Assembly: GCA_036269435.1 (NCBI GenBank)
Contig: DATASA010000110.1
Location: 5,441-69,440, forward strand
Direction: 5' to 3'
Source of the DNA: Acidimicrobiales bacterium
GTDB lineage: Bacteria > Actinomycetota > Acidimicrobiia > Acidimicrobiales > AC-14
Length of the DNA stretch: 64,000 nucleotides
The translations under genes and the position numbers were made by a program. Positions within the stretch are counted from its first letter, which is position 1; the number at the start of each line of letters is the position of its first letter. Under the pieces are notes generated by a model. That model did not search any database and was not told the origin of the DNA. It saw only the letters and a list, made by a program, of their open reading frames with translations. Of the stretch, positions 1 through 8,548 are shown in pieces.

Positions 1-538
1 GCACGTCGGGGTCGTTGGCCATGGCCATGGCGATCATCGCCCGCTGGCGCATGCCGCCGGAGAACTCCTGGGGGAACTGGCGGGCCCGCTCCTCGGGCGT
101 GGGGATCCCGACGAGGCCGAGCAGCTCGACCGCCCGGCGGGCGGCGTCGCCGCGGGAGGTCTCCGAATGATGGACCCGGATGGCCTCGGCGACCTGGCGG
201 CCGACCCGGTGCAGCGGGTTCATCGCCGCCAGCGCGTCCTGGAAGATGAGGGCGATCCGATCGCCCCGGACGGCGCGCAGGTCGGCCTCGGGAAGGGTGA
301 GCAGGTCGCGGCCGCCGAAGGTGACCGCACCGGTCACCTCCGCCGTCGCCGGAAGCAGGCGCAGCACGGACAGGGCGGTCACCGTCTTGCCGGAACCGGA
401 CTCCCCCACGATGCCCACCACCTCGTCGGGCCAGATCGCGAACGACACGCCGTCGGCCGCCTTGACCACGCCGTGGTCGGTGCGGAACCGGACGTGCAGG
501 TCGTCGACGGACAGCAAGGGCTCACCGGGAGCGGTCAT
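1..538 (-). CDS. Oligopeptide/dipeptide ABC transporter ATP-binding protein (DppD/OppD-like), 3' end cut by window edge
   Basis: Not in the ORF track because it is open at the window edge. Manual minus-strand translation from ATG at 538 gives [18 protein letters not shown]...[12 protein letters not shown] (Walker A)...[21 protein letters not shown] (ABC signature region). It starts 12 nt after the permease stop. Confidence 0.9.
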   Translation of the reverse strand, partial: MTAPGEPLLSVDDLHVRFRTDHGVVKAADGVSFAIWPDEVVGIVGESGSGKTVTALSVLRLLPATAEVTGAVTFGGRDLLTLPEADLRAVRGDRIALIFQDALAAMNPLHRVGRQVAEAIRVHHSETSRGDAARRAVELLGLVGIPTPEERARQFPQEFSGGMRQRAMIAMAMANDPDV

Positions 539-550
539 TTCGGCCGGCCG

Positions 551-1399
551 TCAGATCTCGCGGGTCTCGAAGGCGTCCCGCATTCCCTCGCCGAAGAGGT
601 TGGCGCTCCACGCCACCAGGAAGATGGCCACGCCGGGGATGATGAGCAGGCGGGGGGCGACGAAGAAGTACGTGCGGGCGTCGGCCAGCATCGAGCCCCA
701 CTCCGGCGTCGGCGGTCGGGCGCCGAAGCCGAGGAACGACAGCGTCGACGTCAGCAGGAGGATCCGGCCCACGTCGAGGGTGCTCAGGACGACCACCGGC
801 CGCACGATGTTGGGCAGGATGTGCCTCCAGGCGATGCGCAGGCGGGACGCGCCCAGCACCCGGCTGGACTCGATGAACTCCCGCTCGCGCAGCGAGAGGG
901 TGGCGGCTCGGACGACGCGAGTGTGGCGCGTCCACCCGAGCACGGCGATCACGAAGATCAGCTTCGCCGTCCCTGCGCCCAGGAGGGCGATCGTCACCAT
1001 CGACACGATCACGAGCGGCACCGCCTGCACGATGTCGACGAGCTGCATCACCAGGCGGTCGATGATCCCGCCGCGCATGCCGGCCAGGACGCCGAAGAAG
1101 CCGCCCACGACGGTGATGATGGCGGTGACGGCCAGCGTCAGCAGCACGGAGGTCCGGCCGCCGTACAGGATCCGCGTGAGGACGTCGCGACCGAGGCCGT
1201 CGGTCCCGAGAGGATGCGACCCGCTGAAGCCGGCCAGCCGGTTGGGGACGTTCACGGCATAGGGGTCGTCCGGGGCGAGCCAGGACGCCAGGTACAACGG
1301 AACGGTCACGAGGACCAGCAGCAACCCGCCGACGACCGCAGCCGGATCGCGCAGGAACCTCCGCAGTGGCGCCCGGGAGCTGGCGCGCCGGCGGCTCAC
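551..1399 (-). CDS. Peptide ABC transporter permease (DppC/OppC-like)
   Basis: C-terminal 282 aa of track ORF 551..2125(-): HPLGTDGLGRDVLTRILYGGR, multiple TM segments, SRVLGASRLRIAWRHILPN loop. Start set at GTG 1399, which overlaps the upstream stop (GTGA at 1396-1399). The remaining upstream ORF is an Arg/Pro-rich shadow. Confidence 0.88.
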   Translation of the reverse strand: MSRRRASSRAPLRRFLRDPAAVVGGLLLVLVTVPLYLASWLAPDDPYAVNVPNRLAGFSGSHPLGTDGLGRDVLTRILYGGRTSVLLTLAVTAIITVVGGFFGVLAGMRGGIIDRLVMQLVDIVQAVPLVIVSMVTIALLGAGTAKLIFVIAVLGWTRHTRVVRAATLSLREREFIESSRVLGASRLRIAWRHILPNIVRPVVVLSTLDVGRILLLTSTLSFLGFGARPPTPEWGSMLADARTYFFVAPRLLIIPGVAIFLVAWSANLFGEGMRDAFETREI

Positions 1400-2349
1400 G
1401 TCCGGGCCCCCAGCCGGACGCGGACGTCGACGATGGGATACAGCAGGTCGACGGCCAGGTTGACGAGGATGACCATCGCGCCGGCCAGCAGGACCACTCC
1501 CTGGATCATCGGGTAGTCCGACGACCCCGCCGACTGCAGCGTGAGGTTGCCTATCCCCGAGCGCCCGAAGATGAGCTCGACCACAATCGCCCCTTCGATC
1601 AGGTTGGCCAGGATCGAGCCCAGCACGGTCAGGACCGGCAGGGCCGCGTTGCGCAGGGCATGGCCGAGGTAGATCCGCATGTCGGCCACCCCCTTGCTCC
1701 GCGCCGTACGGACGTAGTCCTCGCGCAGCACCTCGACCAGCGAGCTCTGCAGGAGCCGGGCGACCAGCGCGGTCGGGAGGGCGGCGAGGGTCAGCGCGGG
1801 CAGCACGATGCTCTTCAACCCGCTCTGCCCGACGACGGGAACCAGGTGCAGCTTGACCGCGAACACGTAGATCAGCAGGTAGGCGAGGAAGAACCAGGGC
1901 ACCGAGGCCCCGGACAGCTCGACGGCCCGTAGCGCCTGCTGGGACCACCGGCCCTGCAGGCGGGCGCCCAGCATGGCCAACGGAAGCGACACGACGACGA
2001 TCACCAGCACCGCGGCCAGGGCCAGCTCGATGGTCGACGGCAGGGCGGCGCGGATGGCGTCCCCGACGCCGCGGTGGGTCAGCAGCGACCGCCCGAGGTC
2101 GCCGTGGAGGGCCTTGCGCAACCACCGGCCGTACTGGACCAGCAGGGGCTTGTCGAAGCCCAGCCGGTGGCGGACCGCGTCGATCTGCTCGGCCGTCGGG
2201 AACACCTCGGGCGGCAGGCCCGCCGATGCCAACTTGCTCGACGGGTCGCCCGACGCCGAGCCCAGCAGGAAGCTCAGGAAGGACAGCCCGAAGAGCGTGG
2301 GGACGGCCAGCGCCAGCCGGCTGGCCGCGTAGCGGCTGTGACCCCCCAC
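1396..2349 (-). CDS. Peptide ABC transporter permease (DppB/OppB-like)
   Basis: Track ORF, 317 aa: MGGHSRYAASRLALAVPTLFGLSFLSFLL...DYVRTARSKGV...; typical binding-protein-dependent permease with 6 TM segments. Confidence 0.9.
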   Translation of the reverse strand: MGGHSRYAASRLALAVPTLFGLSFLSFLLGSASGDPSSKLASAGLPPEVFPTAEQIDAVRHRLGFDKPLLVQYGRWLRKALHGDLGRSLLTHRGVGDAIRAALPSTIELALAAVLVIVVVSLPLAMLGARLQGRWSQQALRAVELSGASVPWFFLAYLLIYVFAVKLHLVPVVGQSGLKSIVLPALTLAALPTALVARLLQSSLVEVLREDYVRTARSKGVADMRIYLGHALRNAALPVLTVLGSILANLIEGAIVVELIFGRSGIGNLTLQSAGSSDYPMIQGVVLLAGAMVILVNLAVDLLYPIVDVRVRLGART

Positions 2350-2411
2350 GTCAGGGGCGGCCGAGATGGATCTCGGCCGCCGCTACGCGGCCGGACTGCG
2401 TCGACACCGCC

Positions 2412-4862
2412 CTATTGCGATGTCGACTTCGTCAGGCTGACCCAGCGCTGGCTCGTCTGGCTGGGGTGCGGGTCGCCGAGCTTGACCTTGCTCGACATCC
2501 CGTAGATGCGGTACTGGCCGACGACCGGGATCACGATGTTGGTCTGGTCCTGGTTCACCAGGATGGCCATCATGTTGCCGGCCGCCTTCTGGTTGTCGGC
2601 CGGGCTCTTGGCGTTGTTGGACGCCGGCACCCACTGGGAGTCCATCGGGCCGAGCTTGGCCGGGGTGTGGGTGTCGTCGCTCGTCGTCGCGCACGGCGTG
2701 TTGCCGAACGGGAAGACGCCGCCGCCGTTGTTCTTGCCGATGACGCCCGTCGAGACGTCGTTCACCGGCGGGCCGATGGCGTTGGTGCCGTCGGCCGGGG
2801 CGAACCGGAAGTTCGTGGCACTGGAGCACGCCTGGCGCAGGACCGGGAGGAAGGCGGCGTTGGCGTCGTTCTGGTTCGGGAGCTCGAGGTCGAAGTCCCA
2901 CATCGAGCTGTTGTACATCTGGCCCCGGCCGACCGTGCCGTCGGTGCAGGTGACGGCGCCGTCACAGGCGCCGCGCTCGGTCTTCAGGTCGACGCCGATG
3001 GTCTTCATCTGCGCCTGCAGCAGGTCGTACCCGGACTGGGGGACCAGGGAGATGCCGATCAGGTACAGCGTCAGGGGACGACCGGTCGTGAAGCGGGCGT
3101 CGCCGTGCCAAGCCCGGATCTCGTTGCTGGCGCAGGCCGTGTTGGCGCCCGGATCCTTGCCGCCGCACGTCCAGCCGTCGGCATCCAGGATGGTCTTGGC
3201 CTGGGTGGCGTCGGTCTTCAGCGGCGGCACCATGTCCTGGGAGGTCCCGAGGACGCCCGGAGGCGACATCCACCGGCCGGGTGCGGCGTTGCCCGAGTAG
3301 ATCGCGCTCACCACGGCCTGGCGGTCGATGCCCAGCGAGACGGCCTGGCGGACCTTGGCGTCGGTGCCGATGTTGAAGGTGTAGTTGGCCGGCGTCGACG
3401 GGCCGACCAGGGTGAGGTCGGGCTTGTCGGGCGACGTCTTGACCACCTTGTTCACGTAGATCAGCGAGTTCTGCCCGTAGGGGGCGCTGACCACCTGCTT
3501 GCCGTTGGCCTTGACCGCCTCCGTGTCGAGGGGGTTGATGTCGATGTCGAGGTCGTACGTGCCGGCCTGCAGGCCCGCGGTGCGGACCGCGGGGTCGGCG
3601 ATGAACGTGTAGTTCATCCCGTGCACCTGGGCCCCCGGCGTGCCCCAGTAGTTGGGATAGGCGACGAAGGCCGCGGTGCCGCCGCCTTGAGGGGTGGTGG
3701 GCTGGTAGTTGACGTACTGGAAGGGGCCGGTCCCGATCGGCTTGCCGGTCGTCAGCGGCGTGGCGGTCAGGTTCGGCATGCCGAAGACCTCACTGCCGTC
3801 GGCGATGCCGCCGGTGCTGCCGTCGAGGTGGCGGCCGAGGTTGCGGGGACTGGACACCCCCGGCGTCTGCATGGACGCCGGGGCGGGCATGGGCTTGCCG
3901 GAGCTGTCCCGCAGGACCTCGACGATGGCGCCCTTGGGGTGCACGACCTGCTCGGGGAAGCGCAGGTTCTGCGTCCGGGGCGTGATGTCCACGGTGAAGT
4001 CGTCGATCTTCTCGACCGAGTCGAACCCGCACAGCGTCAGGTTGCTGGTGCAGCCGGCGGTGGCGCCGGGGAGGGCCAGGCTGAAGGCCAGGGTGTTCTC
4101 GCCGTCGGACGGCGAGCCGCTGAGTGGCTGGCGGTCGCGCCACGTCCAGATGACGTCGTCGGCGGTGAAGGGCTGGCCGTCCTGGAACGTGACGCCCTGA
4201 CGCAGGTGGAACCGCCAGGTGTCGGAGCAGAAGGGCCGGTCGGCGACGTTGCCGCAGGTCGGGTACGGGGTCGGCGTGGTGGGCAGGGCCGCAGGCGTCG
4301 TTCCCACCCCCTTGACCGTGTTCCGGTTGGTGCCGACGGGGATGTCCTCCCAGCTCGCGGCCAGGCCGGGCTGGAGGGTGAAGTCGGAGCCCATGATGAC
4401 GAGGGGCTCGTTCAGGTTGGAGTTCAGCGGATAGGTGAAGGCGCTGGACGAGTAGCCCGGGCCCGACCCGCTGTCGCTGGAGATCCACTGGTCGGCGTTG
4501 GCGGCGACGTTCACCGTGCCCGTGGCCACCGAGAACGCCGAGCCGGGCTTGCCGTCGGTGCCGCCGTTGAGGATGACGTCGGTGTCGGCCAGCGGGGCGG
4601 CGAGGAACTTGCCCGAGACGAGCTGGTCCATCGTCCCGTAGGTCCCGTTCTTGGCGTGGTACGCGTCCTCGGCCGAACGGATCTTGCCGGCGTTGTCCTT
4701 GGTCGACGGCGAGCTGCTGCTACACGACGCCGCCGTGCCGGCGAGGACGACAACGCTCAGAAGGCCGACGAGCGGCCGCCGTCGGGCACTGGGAGCGCCG
4801 CCGTCGCCGTCGCCGAACTGCCGCCGTCGAATGCGCCGCCGCAGGCCCGATACGCGCTGCAT
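2412..4862 (-). CDS. Family-5 (peptide/nickel) ABC solute-binding lipoprotein, unusually large
   Basis: Track ORF 2412..4919(-). Start set at ATG 4862 (MQRVSGLRRR...) preceded by GGGGGGA. Lipobox LAGTAASC. Family-5 blocks WRFHLRQGVTFQDGQPFTADDV, GTGPFQYVNY, AYPNYWG, RQAVSLGIDRQAV. Confidence 0.85.
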   Translation of the reverse strand: MQRVSGLRRRIRRRQFGDGDGGAPSARRRPLVGLLSVVVLAGTAASCSSSSPSTKDNAGKIRSAEDAYHAKNGTYGTMDQLVSGKFLAAPLADTDVILNGGTDGKPGSAFSVATGTVNVAANADQWISSDSGSGPGYSSSAFTYPLNSNLNEPLVIMGSDFTLQPGLAASWEDIPVGTNRNTVKGVGTTPAALPTTPTPYPTCGNVADRPFCSDTWRFHLRQGVTFQDGQPFTADDVIWTWRDRQPLSGSPSDGENTLAFSLALPGATAGCTSNLTLCGFDSVEKIDDFTVDITPRTQNLRFPEQVVHPKGAIVEVLRDSSGKPMPAPASMQTPGVSSPRNLGRHLDGSTGGIADGSEVFGMPNLTATPLTTGKPIGTGPFQYVNYQPTTPQGGGTAAFVAYPNYWGTPGAQVHGMNYTFIADPAVRTAGLQAGTYDLDIDINPLDTEAVKANGKQVVSAPYGQNSLIYVNKVVKTSPDKPDLTLVGPSTPANYTFNIGTDAKVRQAVSLGIDRQAVVSAIYSGNAAPGRWMSPPGVLGTSQDMVPPLKTDATQAKTILDADGWTCGGKDPGANTACASNEIRAWHGDARFTTGRPLTLYLIGISLVPQSGYDLLQAQMKTIGVDLKTERGACDGAVTCTDGTVGRGQMYNSSMWDFDLELPNQNDANAAFLPVLRQACSSATNFRFAPADGTNAIGPPVNDVSTGVIGKNNGGGVFPFGNTPCATTSDDTHTPAKLGPMDSQWVPASNNAKSPADNQKAAGNMMAILVNQDQTNIVIPVVGQYRIYGMSSKVKLGDPHPSQTSQRWVSLTKSTSQ

Positions 4863-5002
4863 GATCCCCCCCTGCCGATGGACAGGCTCCATCCGGCGAC
4901 GGATATCCTGCCACCCCATTCTCCGCCTTGCCCGGATCCGCGGCCCGCCCCGGACCGGGCTCGGCGACTGCCGGTCCGGTCCGGGGCGACACCGGGCGTC
5001 TG

Positions 5003-6244
5003 TCAGGCGAAGTAGCCCTCGACGTCGACCACCACGTCGACCGAACCGAGGTTGTTGTAGATGGACACCTGACCGTTGGACCCGACCGTGGCGATGACCA
5101 GGTTGGGGACGGTCTGGCCGGCGACGAAGTTCACGTCCGAGGCCAGCGGGACCTGGGTCCCGGTCGGGAACACGGTGAGGTAGCTCTCGGGACCGGTGGC
5201 CCCGGTGGCGGTCACGTTGAGGATCACCGAGGTGACGCCCGTCGCCGGGACACCGTTGACACCCGCGACCGTGAGGTTCAGCGTGCTGCCTGCGGCGAGC
5301 GGGGCGATGATGGCGGTGCCCAGCCCGGTGCCCGTGCGGGTGTCGAGGTCACGGGCGGGGGGCAGCGCGTCGTAGCTCGTGCCGACCGCTCCGGCCGCAG
5401 CCGTCGAGTAGTACCCCTCGACGTCGGCCACCACGTCGACCGTGCCGAGGTTGTTGTAGATCGACACCTGCCCGGTGGCGCTGACCGGCACGATCACCAG
5501 GTTGGGCCGGGAGGGCCCGGCGGCGAAGTTGATGTTCGAGGCCAGCGGCACCGTCCCGCCGGTCGGGAAGACGGTGAGGAAGCTTTCCGGGCCGCTGGCG
5601 TCGGTCTCGGTGACGTTCAGGGCGACGGCGCTGACGCCGGTGGCGGGAACGCCGCCCACGCCGGTGACGGTCAGGTTCATCGTCTGGCCTGCCGCCAAGG
5701 GGGCGATCACACCACCCGTGCCGGTACCCGAGCGGGTATCGAGGTCACGGGCCGGGTTCAGGGCGACGTACCCGGAGCCCGTCCCCGTGGTGGCCGTGTA
5801 GTAGCCCTCCACGTCGACGACGACGTCGACCGTGCCCTGGTTGTTGTACAGGGTCACTGCGCCGTTGCTGCCCAGCGTGGCCGTGACCAGGTTGGCGACG
5901 GACGGCCCGGGTGCGAAGTTCAGGTTGGAAGCGGTCGGCTGTGTCGTGCCCGACGGGTACACGGTGAGGAAGCTGGGCGCGCCGGCCGCGTCGGTGGCCG
6001 TCACGTTGAGGACGACGGCGGTCGCACCGGTGAGGGGCACGCCGCCGGCGCCGGCCACGGTGAGGTCCCGCGACGTCCCTGCCGCGAACGGGGTCAGCGT
6101 CGTGCGGGTGTCGAGGATGCGCGCCGGGGGCAGGGGGACGTAGGTCGACGGTGTCGCCGCCTGTGCGGGCATCACCATGACCATCGCCCCCAGGCTCGTG
6201 AGGGCCGCGGTCGCGGCGAGAAGGGCGGTCAGGTGCTTCTTCAT
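5003..6244 (-). CDS. Secreted protein made of three tandem ~125-aa repeats, function unknown
   Basis: ATG 6244 preceded by GAAGGAGAG. Signal peptide MKKHLTALLAATAALTSLGAMVMVMPAQA. Repeats at aa 35-158, 159-290 and 291-413, each with PARxLDTR...LNVT...FLTV(Y/F)P(S/T)G...N(L/I/V)NF...NLV...YNN.G.VDVV.DVEGY. The rest of the 760-aa track ORF is shadow. Confidence 0.85.
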   Translation of the reverse strand: MKKHLTALLAATAALTSLGAMVMVMPAQAATPSTYVPLPPARILDTRTTLTPFAAGTSRDLTVAGAGGVPLTGATAVVLNVTATDAAGAPSFLTVYPSGTTQPTASNLNFAPGPSVANLVTATLGSNGAVTLYNNQGTVDVVVDVEGYYTATTGTGSGYVALNPARDLDTRSGTGTGGVIAPLAAGQTMNLTVTGVGGVPATGVSAVALNVTETDASGPESFLTVFPTGGTVPLASNINFAAGPSRPNLVIVPVSATGQVSIYNNLGTVDVVADVEGYYSTAAAGAVGTSYDALPPARDLDTRTGTGLGTAIIAPLAAGSTLNLTVAGVNGVPATGVTSVILNVTATGATGPESYLTVFPTGTQVPLASDVNFVAGQTVPNLVIATVGSNGQVSIYNNLGSVDVVVDVEGYFA

Positions 6245-6429
6245 AGGCTCTCCTTCGGTGGCCACCCGGGCGGGCGGCCGGTCGTCTCGCCGTGCCCAGG
6301 AGCATGGGCGGCCGACATGAGCGAAGGCTGGGGGACGACTGTGGGTCCCCGTACAACTGCATGAGAGCCAGGTGAGATCGCAACCGGCCGGGCGAGGGTG
6401 CCCGACGCGGCCGGAGCCGCCGCCGACAG

Positions 6430-7611
6430 CTACGCGGCGGGCGCCTGCTTGGGGTGGGGCATGCAGAGCTCGTCGTACTCGGCGATGACGATCTCGCCCG
6501 CGTCCGGGCCGCACGCGGGGCAGGCCGGGTCCCGGTTGATCTTGAACGTCCGGAAGGACTCCTCGAGGGCGTCGTAGGCCATCAGCCGGCCTATCAAGGG
6601 GTCGCCCAGGCCGAGCACCAGCTTGATGGCCTCCATGGCCTGGATCGAGCCGATGATGCCGGGCAGCACGCCGAGCACGCCGGCCTCGGCGCACGACGGC
6701 GCCATCTCCGGCGGCGGCGGCTCGGGGACCTGGCAGCGGTAGCACGGGCCGACGTACGGCGCGTACACGGTGACCTGGCCGTCGAAGCGGAAGATCGACC
6801 CGTGCACGACCGGGATGCGCTTGACCAGCGAGGCGTCGTTGACGAGGTAGCGGGTCGGGAAGTTGTCGGTGCCGTCGACGATCACGTCGTAGCCCTCGAA
6901 GACGTCGAGGATGTTGTCGGCGCCCAGGCGCACGTCGTGGGTGACGACGTTCACGTCCGGGTTGAGGGCGACGAGGGTCTTCTTGGCCGAATCCACCTTG
7001 CGGTCGCCGACGCGGTCCATGTTGTGGAGGATCTGGCGCTGCAGGTTGGACTCGTCGACCACGTCCATGTCGACGATGCCGAGCGTGCCGACCCCGGCCG
7101 CGGCCAGGTACAGGGCGGCGGGCGAGCCGAGGCCGCCGGCGCCGAGGAGGAGGACCTTGGCGTCGAGCAACTTCTGCTGGCCGGCCTCGCCCACCTCGGG
7201 CAGCAGCAGATGGCGCTGGTACCGGTTGCGCTGGTCGGCGGTCAGGGTCCGGGGCGTCGACCACGCCCGGTTCTCGTTCTTCCACTTGTTGAAGCCGCCG
7301 GCGACAGAGACCACGTCGGTGTAGCCGAGCTCGCCGAGGGTGCGGGCCGCGAACGCCGACCGGGTGCCACCGGCGCAGTAGACGAGCACGGGCGCGGCCT
7401 TGTCGGTCAGCCGGCTCTCGACCTGGCTCTCCAGGTGGCCGCGGGGGATGTGGACTGCGTCAGGCAGCGCCCCCTGCTCGTACTCGTCCGGCTCGCGCAC
7501 GTCCAGGACGACGGTGGCGGGGTTGGCGGCGAGGGCGGCGGCGGCCGCCTCGGTGTCGACCTCGCGGATGGACGACTTGGCCTCGGCCAGCAGGTCACGG
7601 AAAGTGGGCAT
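6430..7611 (-). CDS. Rhodanese-ThiF/MoeB-type adenylyltransferase/sulfurtransferase (MoeZ-like, rhodanese at the N-terminus)
   Basis: 393 aa. N-terminal rhodanese with active-site loop VYCAGGTRS. Then ThiF/MoeB Rossmann motif LLLGAGGLGSPAALYLAAAGVG, DESNLQRQILH, and two Cys pairs (CYRC, CPAC). Confidence 0.88.
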   Translation of the reverse strand: MPTFRDLLAEAKSSIREVDTEAAAAALAANPATVVLDVREPDEYEQGALPDAVHIPRGHLESQVESRLTDKAAPVLVYCAGGTRSAFAARTLGELGYTDVVSVAGGFNKWKNENRAWSTPRTLTADQRNRYQRHLLLPEVGEAGQQKLLDAKVLLLGAGGLGSPAALYLAAAGVGTLGIVDMDVVDESNLQRQILHNMDRVGDRKVDSAKKTLVALNPDVNVVTHDVRLGADNILDVFEGYDVIVDGTDNFPTRYLVNDASLVKRIPVVHGSIFRFDGQVTVYAPYVGPCYRCQVPEPPPPEMAPSCAEAGVLGVLPGIIGSIQAMEAIKLVLGLGDPLIGRLMAYDALEESFRTFKINRDPACPACGPDAGEIVIAEYDELCMPHPKQAPAA

Positions 7612-7692
7612 GGGCGTCGATCCTCAGGAGACGAGCGGTTCAGACGTTGAAACCCTACCGCGCAGGTCGACATTCCCGTCGCGGACCGGCCC

Positions 7693-7722
7693 TTGACAGC
7701 GAGAAGGGGAATGAAGAACAAT
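7693..7722 (+). promoter_or_regulatory. Candidate sigma-70-type promoter (TTGACA-18 nt-AACAAT) placing a start site at or next to the ATG at 7731
   Basis: TTGACA at 7693-7698 and AACAAT at 7717-7722, in the only AT-richer patch of this intergenic region. The ATG at 7731 lies 9 nt after the -10 element. Confidence 0.3.
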
Positions 7723-7730
7723 GAAACGGC

Positions 7731-8417
7731 ATGACCTCCCCCTCGATGCTCCTCTCCCCGATCTGGAGGCCTTCCGTGAGCACGGTCTCGCTGCTCCCCA
7801 CCGACGTCTCGTCCGTGACCGTCCTACCCATCCGCCCCTGGCCGGACGGGGTCATCGACGCCCTCGGGCACGATCCCCGTTCGGCCTACGTCGAGCGCTT
7901 CTGGCTCGGCATCCTCGGCCCGTCGACCACCTGGCTGCTCCGCTTCCTCGCCAACGGGCTGGACGCCGCGCCCGAGGGCTTCGACCTCGACCTGGCCACG
8001 ACGGCCCAGGCCCTCGGTCTCGGCGGCAGGGGCGGTCGGCACTCGCCGTTCATGCGGGCCCTGTCGCGCTGCTGCCAGTTCGACGTGGCCGAGGCGCGGG
8101 CCGACGGGAGCCTGGCCGTCCGGCGCAAGCTGCCGCCGCTCAACCGCCGCCAGGTCGTCCGCCTGCCTCCGGACCTGGCCGCGGCCCACCAGTCGTGGCA
8201 GGACGCCCAGCTGCAGACGCCGGCCCACGAACAGCAACGGCGCCGGGCCCTGCGCCTGGCCCTCAGCCTGCTCGAGCTGGGCGAGGACGTGGGCGCCACC
8301 GAGCGCCAACTGGCCCGCTGGAAGTTCCATCCCGCCCTGTGCCGGGAGGCGGCGGCCTGGGCCGCCGAGCGCCACGCCCGTGCGCTCCAGCCGACCGACG
8401 AGGATCCTGCGGCCTGA
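7731..8417 (+). CDS. Conserved hypothetical protein (family not recognised)
   Basis: 228-aa ORF with high GC3 from its first codon and plausible globular sequence (DPRSAYVERFWLGILGPSTTWLLRFLANGL...). The competing frame 7721..8431 is Arg/Pro-rich. Confidence 0.6.
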   Translation: MTSPSMLLSPIWRPSVSTVSLLPTDVSSVTVLPIRPWPDGVIDALGHDPRSAYVERFWLGILGPSTTWLLRFLANGLDAAPEGFDLDLATTAQALGLGGRGGRHSPFMRALSRCCQFDVAEARADGSLAVRRKLPPLNRRQVVRLPPDLAAAHQSWQDAQLQTPAHEQQRRRALRLALSLLELGEDVGATERQLARWKFHPALCREAAAWAAERHARALQPTDEDPAA

Positions 8418-8548
8418 TCGCCGGGCCCTGATCCGCCCGGCACAGGTCCCCCACCGTCCGCGGCGGGAGCTCCCACCTCCCGGCCCGCCGGCCCCGAGCG
8501 GCTCGGCCATACCCCCATGGCCGAGCCGCTGGACGGGGCCGCGTTCCT

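Noticed and set aside
2226-5015. 929-aa plus-strand ORF, and similar giants: 13153..16809(-), 13392..17042(+), 18933..21824(+), 24808..28491(+), 42325..44235(-), 44382..46412(-), 56114..59983(+)
   Set aside because: All lie antisense to, or out of frame with, genes that have clear family motifs. Their translations are Arg/Pro/Gly/Ala-dominated with no recognisable domains. These are the expected stop-codon-poor shadow frames of very GC-rich DNA.
6245-6429. Possible c-di-AMP (ydaO-type) riboswitch in the 185-nt leader of the secreted triple-repeat gene, suggested by ACGGGGACCCA on the minus strand
   Set aside because: Only one of the roughly five conserved blocks I remember for this riboswitch is present. 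The second pseudo-symmetric half (GGGGUGAAUC / UAGGG) and the CAGCUAACCUCGUAAGCG-type 3' block are absent or very weak. A cmsearch with Rfam RF00379 would settle it. A GC-rich hairpin at about 6384-6414 looks more like the moeZ-like gene terminator.
7721-8431. Alternative frame ORF (236 aa) starting at ATG 7721
   Set aside because: Its translation is Arg/Pro-rich low complexity. The 7731 frame has G/C at third positions and a plausible globular sequence throughout.
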